Source of the DNA: an uncultured Bacteriovoracaceae bacterium
GTDB lineage: Bacteria; Bdellovibrionota; Bacteriovoracia; Bacteriovoracales; Bacteriovoracaceae
Direction of reading: 5' to 3'
NCBI GenBank assembly: GCA_964012805.1
Contig: CAXGUD010000019.1
Coordinates: 15,798-79,797, forward strand
DNA: 64,000 nucleotides
Shown here: piece by piece, positions 49,213 through 57,415 of the stretch
Numbering within the stretch: the first letter of the stretch is position 1
Layout: each line of letters starts with the position of its first letter
Position numbers and translations under genes: made by a program
Notes under the pieces: generated by a model
Seen by the model: only the letters and a program-made list of their open reading frames with translations
Database searches by the model: none
What the model was told of the DNA's origin: nothing

Positions 49213-49722
49213 TTGAAAAGAATATTTACTATAAGCTTGATTGGAGCTTTAATAATTTTAGTCGATCAGTTTACCAAAGGTGCAGTACAGGACCACTTCT
49301 ACTTGGGTGAATCTAAGGTTATTATTGAAGGGTTTTTCAATTTAACTTACGTTAGAAATAAAGGCGCTGCCTTTGGAATGGGGGCGACAGCTCCTGACTG
49401 GGTAAGATCCGTCTTTTTTCTTTATCTTCCTGTTGCAGCTTGTTTTTATCTTCTTTACTTAGTTTGGGTTTCTAGAAATCTTAAAAATTGGATGCCTTGC
49501 TTTGCCTATGGTCTAATTTTTGCTGGAGCAGTTGGGAATCTAATCGATAGGTTTATGCTTAGCTATGTAGTAGACTTCTTAGACTTCTATGTAAAGCAGT
49601 CTCACTTCCCAGCTTTCAATGTAGCAGATAGTTCAATCTCAATTGCCGCAGGCTTGCTTATCTTAGATTTAATTTTAGAAAATAAAAGAAAAGAAAGCGA
49701 ACCAGAAGAAAAGAAGAGTTAG
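49213..49722 (+). CDS. lspA: Lipoprotein signal peptidase II
   Basis: DQFTK, NKGAAFG, GNLIDR, VVDF, FNVADS. Confidence 0.97.
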   Translation: MKRIFTISLIGALIILVDQFTKGAVQDHFYLGESKVIIEGFFNLTYVRNKGAAFGMGATAPDWVRSVFFLYLPVAACFYLLYLVWVSRNLKNWMPCFAYGLIFAGAVGNLIDRFMLSYVVDFLDFYVKQSHFPAFNVADSSISIAAGLLILDLILENKRKESEPEEKKS

Positions 49723-49729
49723 TAAAGTC

Positions 49730-50038
49730 CTAGAGAGGAATTGGAAAGGTTAATCCAACTGCTAAAGAATTCGAGCTATATTCTGTATATGTAGTATCTG
49801 CTGTGTAATATAAGTCATTGGGGCCCGGATAAAAAATATTTAGGGAAGATTATAAGAAACCCCAAATGAAAGTTGCGTATGTGAAGTGTGTGTGACCTAT
49901 GAATCGACTAAAGGTTGTATATATGCTAGCTGTATCAAGCTGAAGTACCACAACTGTACCAGGTTCAGCTTTCTTTTGGCGTGAAGTAATATCAATAGAA
50001 ATGAGGTTATTGCAAAAGTTTTTAGAATCATAACCCAT
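49730..50038 (-). pseudogene. Possible decayed remnant of an exported/outer-membrane protein gene
   Basis: 62-aa ORF continues past TAA (49850) in frame to ...YTEYSSNSLAVGLTFPIPL*; another frame has a signal-like MILKTFAITSFLLILLHA and QLSFGVSYNLP. Confidence 0.3.
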
Positions 50039-50211
50039 GGTCTTGTCTTAATCTTATTAGCATTAATTCAATTTTTCGAACAAAGATTAACTTGCTTTAG
50101 AATAAGAGCGTTTCCTAAACCTTAATGAATACAGGTTCATTTAAAATTAATAAAAGTGAGTGTAAGGTGCTAGGTTTTCAGTTTTTTGGAAGTTTGAGAG
50201 GGGTCCTCGGG

Positions 50212-50613
50212 TTACTTTCCAGCTTTTTCACTGATTTTTTCTACGTTCTGCTCCTCAATATAAAGATCAGAAAAAAGTGTCTCGTTTGCCCATGCGTTAT
50301 AAGCATCTTCATGATGATACATGGTAATAGTTTCCCATGGGCAGTCTTGCGAGCAATTTTGACAACCAATGCATCGTGAAAGGTCTATTTCAACAGTTTG
50401 TTGAAAAACTGGATTTTCTGGATTCGGTCCTGGAACAAGTTCAATAGAGTCAACAGGGCAGCCTGCAATGCAAACCTCGCATCCTGTACAACCACTTTGA
50501 TGGACCACAGCTAAAAGCTTTGGCGGTTTTTTTCCCTTTCTCACTGGTTTTAGCCTTGCTGTGTGGAAAGGGTTTTCTACTAATACTGGAGAGTCATCCG
50601 ACATATTTTTCAC
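50212..50613 (-). CDS. 2x[4Fe-4S] ferredoxin-like protein with N- and C-terminal extensions
   Basis: CTGCEVCIAGCP and CIGCQNCSQDCP. Confidence 0.92.
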   Translation of the reverse strand: MKNMSDDSPVLVENPFHTARLKPVRKGKKPPKLLAVVHQSGCTGCEVCIAGCPVDSIELVPGPNPENPVFQQTVEIDLSRCIGCQNCSQDCPWETITMYHHEDAYNAWANETLFSDLYIEEQNVEKISEKAGK

Positions 50614-50769
50614 CTAGATATAAGTATTTTTTGTTAAACTATATCAATAATATCTTATTTCATTATCGTAACAAAGTGAATTTGCTTCATTAGATTTATA
50701 AGCTATATTGCTTTTTGTGTAAATTCCTAAAAAAATTAAGAAATTAAATAAAATTTATAGAGATGCTTT

Positions 50770-53700
50770 ATGAAAAAATTACGATTTGTGACTGCTGCGA
50801 GCCTTTTTGATGGGCATGATGTTTCCATCAATATCATGAGACGTTTACTTCAATCTAAAGGCGTGGAAGTCATTCACTTGGGGCATAACAGGTCCGCAGG
50901 AGATGTAGTGAATGCTTGTCTTCAGGAAGATGCTCATGCAATTGCATTGAGTTCATACCAGGGAGGCCATAATGAGTATTTTACCTACGTAAGAGAGCTA
51001 CTAAATCAGGCCGGTGCTAACAAAGTAAAGATTTTTGGTGGTGGAGGTGGTGTTATTACTCCATCTGAAATAAAGGCTTTGCACAACAAGGGTATTACTC
51101 GGATATATTCTCCAGAAGATGGGATGAAGCTAGGTTTGCCTGGAATCATTGATGACATGATAACAAGAGCGACTTATTCAACTTTAGAAGATATAAATTT
51201 TGAAAAAATGTCGGCAAAAAAGAGCTTATCTAATTTAGATATTTCTAAGGTCATAACTCACATTGAAGACTTGGGAGAAATTCCTCTTCAATTTAACGGG
51301 GGAGAAGATACTCCTGTATTAGGTATAACTGGAACGGGGGGAGCAGGAAAAAGTTCTTTGGTTGATGAAATACTTTTAAGATTTCATTTATTTTATCCAA
51401 ATTTAAAGGTAGCGCTAGTTTCAGTCGATCCCACGAGAAAGAAAACGAAAGGAGCTCTTTTAGGTGATAGAATAAGGTTAGGCAGTGCGAGTTACCCAAA
51501 TTTTTATATAAGGTCTCTTGCAACAAGGAACTCAAATACTGAATTGAGTCCACAAATTGAAAAAGTAGTCTCTTTTTTAAGGTCTCAAAACTTTGATTTA
51601 ATTTTGGTAGAAACCTCTGGGATTGGTCAAGCCTCTGATGAAATTACAAAGGTAGCAAACAAGTGTGCTTATGTTATGACACCAGAGTATGGTGCTCAAA
51701 CTCAACTTGAAAAAATAGAAATGATCGATGCTGCAGACTTTGTTGTTGTTAACAAGTTTGAAAAACCTAGATCTGAAGATGCTTTAAGAGATGTTTGTAA
51801 ACAATATAGGAGAAACCATTTACTTTTTGAAGGACACGAAGGTTCACCTAAAAATGAAGACTTACCAATTTTTGGGACTATGGCTTCTCAATTTAATGAC
51901 TCTGGTGTTAATGCCCTATTTAAAGAAATTTTAAATGAGTTTAATTTTGATACAGAGAAGGTTTCCTCTCTTTTTACAAGTAAAGTGCCTGAGGTTAAAT
52001 CCAAAATTATTGGCCCAGATAGATCCCTATATCTAAGAGAAATTGCTTTAACTGTAAAAAACTATAATAAAAAACATGAAGATATAGCTAAGGCTATTGG
52101 AGAGCTTCAAGCATTAGAAAAATCACTAGAAATACTAGGGGATAGTCCTGAATTAGAAAAAGCACTGAAAAGCAAAAGACGAGAGATACCTCCTGAAGCT
52201 TTGAAGGAAATAGAATCCTTTGATGAGGCAGCTAAAAGGATTGATGATGGCGAGTTTTCTTACTCTGTAAGAGGAAAATCTATTGAAGTTAAAACAAAAT
52301 ATCAGTCAATAGCTGGTTTAAGTTTACCGAAAGTGGCTTTTCCAAGGTTTTCTTCAATGGAGGATAAGTATCTTTTTATAAAGAATCAAAACTTACCAGG
52401 CTCTTTCCCTTATGCTTCAGGGATTTTCCCTTTTAAGAGAAGTGATGAGGATCCAAAAAGAATGTTTGCAGGAGAGGGTGGACCTAGTCGTACAAATGAA
52501 AGGTTTCATTACCTTTCAAAAAACGATAAAGCCAAGCGCTTATCCACTGCTTTTGACTCTGTAACTCTCTATGGAGAGGACCCTGATAAAAGACCAGATA
52601 TTTTTGGAAAAATTGGTGAAGCGGGTGTAAGTATAGCGACCCTAGATGATATGGAAGATTTATTTAGGGGATTTAATTTATCTGACCCTTACACTTCTGT
52701 TTCTATGACAATTAATGGTCCGGCGCCAATAATATTAGCAATGTTTATGAATACTGCTATTAAGCAAAAACTATCCGGGCCTGACCTTGAAAATGTTGTG
52801 AAGAAAGTCGAAGTCATGAGAAGCATTAGAGGAACTGTTCAAGCAGATATTTTAAAAGAAGATCAAGCTCAAAACACATGTATTTTTTCTTTGGAGTTTG
52901 CCTTAAAACTAATGGGGGATGTTCAAGAGTACTTTTGTAATAATTTAATAAAAAACTATTATACTGTTTCTATTAGTGGATATCATATAGCGGAGGCTGG
53001 AGCAAACCCAATAACACAGATGGCATTTACTCTTTCAAATGGTTTTACTTTCATTGAGTATTATCTCAATAGAGGTTTGAAAATAGATGATTTTTGTAAA
53101 AACTTATCCTTCTTTTTCAGTAATGGGTTGGATCCTGAGTATACTGTTATGGGTAGGGTGGCCAGAAAGATTTGGGCAGTTGTTTTAAAAGAAAAGTATG
53201 GAGCAGATGTAAAGTCTCAAATGTTTAAATATCATGTTCAAACTTCAGGGCGGTCTCTCCATGCCCAGGAAATTGACTTTAATGATATCAGAACGACACT
53301 CCAGGCTTTCCTGGCCTTAAGTGATAACTGTAATTCTCTTCATACAAATGCTTATGATGAGGCCATAACAACTCCTACGGAGGAGAGTGTGAGAAGGGCA
53401 ATGGCCATACAAATGATTATTAATAGAGAGTTTGGTTTAAATAAGACAGACAATCCTCTTCAGGGCGCATACCTTGTTGATGAACTTGCCGAGTTAGTAG
53501 AAGATGCAGTCCTAAGTGAATTTGAAAGAATTTCTGACAAGGGAGGTGTTCTAGGAGCGATGGAAAGTATGTACCAAAGAGGTAAAATACAGGAGGAGTC
53601 CCTACACTATGAAACATTAAAAGATAATGGGTCATTACCAATAATTGGTGTAAACACTTATATTTCTGAAAATATTGAAGAACAGCTGAATACAGAAATT

Positions 53701-53931
53701 GAATTATCTCGATGCACTGATGAGGAAAAGATCAAACAGATTGAGAGGCTTAAAGCTTTCCAGGATAGAAATAAATCAACGTCAAAGCAAGCTTTAGCTG
53801 ACTTAAGAGCGGTGGCCTTAAGAGGTGACAATATTTTTGAAGAGTTATTAAATACGACAAAGTTTTGTAGCCTTGGACAAATTTCTGAAGTTCTTTATGA
53901 AGTCGGGGGACGTTATAGAAGGAATATGTAA
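50770..53931 (+). CDS. icmF: Fused isobutyryl-CoA mutase / G-protein chaperone
   Basis: B12-binding SLFDGHD, GITGTGGAGKSS, ETSGIGQ, RMFAGEG (Phe specificity position), GTVQADILKE, HTNAYDEA. Confidence 0.96.
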   Translation: MKKLRFVTAASLFDGHDVSINIMRRLLQSKGVEVIHLGHNRSAGDVVNACLQEDAHAIALSSYQGGHNEYFTYVRELLNQAGANKVKIFGGGGGVITPSEIKALHNKGITRIYSPEDGMKLGLPGIIDDMITRATYSTLEDINFEKMSAKKSLSNLDISKVITHIEDLGEIPLQFNGGEDTPVLGITGTGGAGKSSLVDEILLRFHLFYPNLKVALVSVDPTRKKTKGALLGDRIRLGSASYPNFYIRSLATRNSNTELSPQIEKVVSFLRSQNFDLILVETSGIGQASDEITKVANKCAYVMTPEYGAQTQLEKIEMIDAADFVVVNKFEKPRSEDALRDVCKQYRRNHLLFEGHEGSPKNEDLPIFGTMASQFNDSGVNALFKEILNEFNFDTEKVSSLFTSKVPEVKSKIIGPDRSLYLREIALTVKNYNKKHEDIAKAIGELQALEKSLEILGDSPELEKALKSKRREIPPEALKEIESFDEAAKRIDDGEFSYSVRGKSIEVKTKYQSIAGLSLPKVAFPRFSSMEDKYLFIKNQNLPGSFPYASGIFPFKRSDEDPKRMFAGEGGPSRTNERFHYLSKNDKAKRLSTAFDSVTLYGEDPDKRPDIFGKIGEAGVSIATLDDMEDLFRGFNLSDPYTSVSMTINGPAPIILAMFMNTAIKQKLSGPDLENVVKKVEVMRSIRGTVQADILKEDQAQNTCIFSLEFALKLMGDVQEYFCNNLIKNYYTVSISGYHIAEAGANPITQMAFTLSNGFTFIEYYLNRGLKIDDFCKNLSFFFSNGLDPEYTVMGRVARKIWAVVLKEKYGADVKSQMFKYHVQTSGRSLHAQEIDFNDIRTTLQAFLALSDNCNSLHTNAYDEAITTPTEESVRRAMAIQMIINREFGLNKTDNPLQGAYLVDELAELVEDAVLSEFERISDKGGVLGAMESMYQRGKIQEESLHYETLKDNGSLPIIGVNTYISENIEEQLNTEIELSRCTDEEKIKQIERLKAFQDRNKSTSKQALADLRAVALRGDNIFEELLNTTKFCSLGQISEVLYEVGGRYRRNM

Positions 53932-54513
53932 ATGACAAAAAAATCTTCAATTTATACGAAGTCTGGAGACAAAGGCAAAACAAGCCTTGTTGGTGGAAAA
54001 AGAGTAAGTAAATCAGATATATCACTGGCATTGTATGGAGAGGTCGATGAACTTAACTCTTGGATAGGTGTTATTTTATCTGAAATGGAAGATAAGGATT
54101 ATGTTAAAAATCAAACTTTATTACTTAAGAACATACAGTTGTCTTTATTTAGTCTAGGGTCAAACTTTGCTTGTGAGCCTGAAAAAAGAAGCACATTTAA
54201 GCTTCCTAAGCTAGTCGAGGAAGACGTAGTAAAAATTGAGCATGAGATTAACGAAATGGATAAAGAATTAAGCGAGTTGAAAAACTTTATTTTGCCCGGT
54301 GGCTCTAAGCTTTCATCATTTTTACATATTTCGAGAACTGTATGCAGAAGAGTTGAAAGAACCCTTATCGCATATAGTGAAAAAAGTGGGGGCCTTTTAC
54401 CAGACTTTTCGAATGAGTTTATAAACCGACTTTCAGATTACTTTTTTGTTTTTTCTAGGTGGATAAATTTTAGAGAAGGAAAGGAAGAGGAGTTATGGAA
54501 ACCATCATTATAA
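53932..54513 (+). CDS. PduO-type ATP:cob(I)alamin adenosyltransferase
   Basis: IYTKSGDKGKTSL, YGEVDELNS, FILPGG, RTVCRRVER, NRLSDYFF. Confidence 0.96.
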   Translation: MTKKSSIYTKSGDKGKTSLVGGKRVSKSDISLALYGEVDELNSWIGVILSEMEDKDYVKNQTLLLKNIQLSLFSLGSNFACEPEKRSTFKLPKLVEEDVVKIEHEINEMDKELSELKNFILPGGSKLSSFLHISRTVCRRVERTLIAYSEKSGGLLPDFSNEFINRLSDYFFVFSRWINFREGKEEELWKPSL

Positions 54514-54552
54514 TATATTGAAATTACTCTCTTTTTTGGGGCGTTGAATAAA

Positions 54553-54561
54553 TGTTATAAT
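54553..54561 (+). promoter_or_regulatory. Extended -10 promoter element upstream of iscA-ygfZ
   Basis: Perfect TGnTATAAT (TGTTATAAT); AT-rich background lowers certainty. Confidence 0.45.
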
Positions 54562-54632
54562 ATGGTATGTATTGTTTAGCTTAGATAAAACAAACCAGTG
54601 TTTGGAGCACATGAATTGTAATAGGTGATTAA

Positions 54633-54977
54633 ATGGAAAACTCTGAAAGCTTAATTGAATTAACTGAGAAGGCAATTGATCATATTGGACAAATTTTAAA
54701 ACAAGAGAACCAGCCAAAAAATGTTGGAATACGTTTTGGTGTAATTGGCGGTGGTTGTTCTGGGTTATCATACAAAATTGAATTTAGTGAAGAAAAAGAG
54801 AATGATAATATTCTAACTTTTGGTGACGTAAAAGTACTTATTGACCCAAAGTCTTCTATATATCTCAAAGGAATAACCATTGACTTTAGCGATGGTCTTA
54901 ATGGAAAGGGTTTTGTTTTCAAAAATCCAAATGCTACAAATACGTGTGGCTGTGGAGAATCTTTTTCAATCTCTTAG
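54633..54977 (+). CDS. iscA: A-type Fe-S carrier (IscA/ErpA/HesB family)
   Basis: GGGCSGLSY, GFVFKNPNA, CGCGESF. Confidence 0.95.
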   Translation: MENSESLIELTEKAIDHIGQILKQENQPKNVGIRFGVIGGGCSGLSYKIEFSEEKENDNILTFGDVKVLIDPKSSIYLKGITIDFSDGLNGKGFVFKNPNATNTCGCGESFSIS

Positions 54978-55029
54978 TTATTTAAACCTTTAACTCTCAT
55001 TATTTAAAAATTTTCTAAGGTCAAAAATT

Positions 55030-56637
55030 ATGGATCTGTATGAAGCACGTTATAGAGGAGGAATATTAGCCTTTAATAATTGGAGGTTTTTAAAAATCTC
55101 TGGTTCTGATTGCGATACGTATATTCAAAATCACGTTACAAATGACATTTCTTCTTGTGAGGTTAATTCTGCTCAATTAAATTCTCGTTTAGACCGTGGT
55201 GGGAAAGTTCAAAGTTACTTTTATGTTGGAAAAAAAGAAGGTTATTATCTTCTTATAGTGCCTGAGGTTATGGCCGAAACTACTATATCAGAATTAGAAA
55301 AGTTTATCATAATGGAAGATGTTAGTATTTCAGCTTTAGAAACTTCTCAAGTTTATTTTTCTATTTCTTCTGACTTTTTAAACTTATCAGTTGAAGATAA
55401 AAAGGAGGATAATAAATTTTTGTTTCTTAATTACCTTGGTGAAGAAGGGTTTTTGTTTTGGGGAGAACGTTATACGAAGACTTTTTTTAGGTCTAAAAAG
55501 CTTGTTCCTAAAAGCATTGAAAATCAAATGAGGGTTTTAAGTGGTTGGTCTGGGTTAGAGAAGGAGCAAGTTTGTGGTAAAATAATTAATGAGAATATTT
55601 TAAATGAGTTAGCCATATCTTATTCTAAAGGCTGTTTTTTAGGTCAAGAAACTGTTTCAAAAATTCAAAATAATAGAGGAGCCTCTTATTACCCTGTTAT
55701 AATTAGAGCCGACAAAGGGAAATTAAGCGGTGATATAAAGTCTTATCAAAATCAGAGCTTTAAAGTTTCGAATAGAAAAGCCGGTACTTTTATTTCTAAT
55801 ACGACTTTGGAAAATGATGTTTTATTATTAGTAAGCCTTTATCGTGAATTTCGAATTGAAGGTCGGCATATTAAAATTTTATTTGACGATGGTTTCAGCT
55901 TGGAAGGTAAGGTTTCGTTTTTACCTTTCTTTAAGGATAAATCTCTTAAAGAAAAAGCAGACAAGGCATATTATAAAGGACTTCATTTTTTTCAGAATGG
56001 AGATGATGAAAGTGCTTTAGAAAACCTTAAAGTTTGTATTAACTTATTTTCTTCTCATGCAGATGCACTTGAGTCAATTGGAGTTATCTTAGGTCGCCAG
56101 GGACACTACAAACAGGCAATTGATTATATGGATAGGCTACTTGAGATTGATAAAGATTCTGTTATGGCTCATACAAATAAATCCCTTTACTTCATGAAAA
56201 TGGGAAAAATAGAGGAGGCTGAAGAAGAAAAGAGTCAGGCTGCTGTAAAGTCTTTTGCTTTTTATGGAAGGGAAGCCAAGAAGAAAAAAGAGAAAGAAGA
56301 GCTCGAAAAACAAGTGTCAGAAAGCCTGAAGAAAAAAGAGGAGATGTTTTTACAGGTTTTGGCGCTCGATGAGGATGATGTTTTGGCCAATTTTGGGTTA
56401 GGTGAGACTTATTTAAAGAAAAACGAACTACAAAAAGCATTAATGCATTTGCAAAAGGTCTTAAACCTTAATTCAAACCATTCAATGGCTTACCTAGTTT
56501 TAGGAAAAGTTTATGAAGGACTCGGAAGGTTGAAGGAGGCTGGAGAAGTTTACACGCGAGGTGTAGATGTTGCCTCGAAAAAGGGAGAAATGAAGCCAGC
56601 GAATGAAATGCAGGCCCGCCTTTCCAAGATCCTTTAG
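55030..56637 (+). CDS. ygfZ: YgfZ folate-binding protein fused to C-terminal TPR modules
   Basis: ISGSD...QNHVTND, KGCFLGQETV signature, then about 230 aa of TPR repeats. Confidence 0.9.
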   Translation: MDLYEARYRGGILAFNNWRFLKISGSDCDTYIQNHVTNDISSCEVNSAQLNSRLDRGGKVQSYFYVGKKEGYYLLIVPEVMAETTISELEKFIIMEDVSISALETSQVYFSISSDFLNLSVEDKKEDNKFLFLNYLGEEGFLFWGERYTKTFFRSKKLVPKSIENQMRVLSGWSGLEKEQVCGKIINENILNELAISYSKGCFLGQETVSKIQNNRGASYYPVIIRADKGKLSGDIKSYQNQSFKVSNRKAGTFISNTTLENDVLLLVSLYREFRIEGRHIKILFDDGFSLEGKVSFLPFFKDKSLKEKADKAYYKGLHFFQNGDDESALENLKVCINLFSSHADALESIGVILGRQGHYKQAIDYMDRLLEIDKDSVMAHTNKSLYFMKMGKIEEAEEEKSQAAVKSFAFYGREAKKKKEKEELEKQVSESLKKKEEMFLQVLALDEDDVLANFGLGETYLKKNELQKALMHLQKVLNLNSNHSMAYLVLGKVYEGLGRLKEAGEVYTRGVDVASKKGEMKPANEMQARLSKIL

Positions 56638-56680
56638 TCCATTACTTTTTTTGATCAATAAATATAGATTATTTTTTAGA

Positions 56681-56755
56681 TGGCTGGGGTGAGGGGATTC
56701 GAACCCCTGACCAATTGATTAACAGTCAACTGCGCTACCGCTGCGCCACACCCCA
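56681..56755 (-). tRNA. tRNA-Asn(GTT)
   Basis: Reverse complement TGGGGTGTGGCGCAGCGGTAGCGCAGTTGACTGTTAATCAATTGGTCAGGGGTTCGAATCCCCTCACCCCAGCCA; loop CT-GTT-AA. Confidence 0.96.
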
Positions 56756-56877
56756 ATCGATATTGTCGAAACCTATATATGCTTGTTTTATTTCAAAATG
56801 TCTAGCGAAATAAACTTTAACAAAGAAATTTTAGAAAGGAATGTCGTATGACTTTATGCGTTTTTCAAGCGTTTTGA

Positions 56878-56904
56878 TCAAGCTTTTTAATTAAAGGACG
56901 ATAT
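56878..56904 (+). promoter_or_regulatory. Sigma-28 (FliA)-type promoter
   Basis: TCAA N15 GACGATAT with correct spacing, upstream of 56957 ORF. Confidence 0.5.
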
Positions 56905-56956
56905 AATGACTTATAAAAGGTATTTTATTAAATAATATTTATTTTAAAGTGATAAA

Positions 56957-57415
56957 GTGAAGCCATCAGAAAAAATTATAAGAAGTCTTTTAAGAATAAT
57001 TACTCCTGGTGAAATTTCAGAGTTAACAAAAATTGCGAGTTTAAGACCGAGAGAAGCTTTAACAGATATAATGTTGAGGGATTATCAAAGAGGCAGAGAG
57101 AGTATAGATAAAGACTCTTCGTCCACGGCTACTTTGGACGAAGATCTTGAAGAGACTCCTTCAGTGCAATCAGGAGATTTGGAATCGAGGCTTGTTTTAA
57201 AAGGTGGCGAGGAGCTATCAAGAGGAAGCCTCTTTATTCTTTTTCAAAAAGAAAAGTTGAGATCATCTGTTTCAAAAATTAAAGAAAAAGAAGTTTTTGA
57301 TTCCTATAAGAAGAACTCTTCTGTTGACTTAAATCAAGAAAAGCAAAATAGAAAAAGAGATGACAGAAATCTATCATCCCATGTCGGTATACTAATTAAT
57401 AAAAAGCAGTTTTAG
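56957..57415 (+). CDS. Hypothetical protein
   Basis: 152-aa GTG-start ORF; stop overlaps the convergent ALDH stop. Confidence 0.7.
   Translation: MKPSEKIIRSLLRIITPGEISELTKIASLRPREALTDIMLRDYQRGRESIDKDSSSTATLDEDLEETPSVQSGDLESRLVLKGGEELSRGSLFILFQKEKLRSSVSKIKEKEVFDSYKKNSSVDLNQEKQNRKRDDRNLSSHVGILINKKQF

Noticed and set aside
50614..50769. Possible cobalamin riboswitch before icmF
   Set aside because: Short, very AT-rich, no B12-box or stable stems visible.
26709..56691. Shared CACCCCAGCCA as island attachment sites
   Set aside because: Both copies belong to complete tRNAs in opposite orientation, there is no integrase, and the enclosed genes are core.
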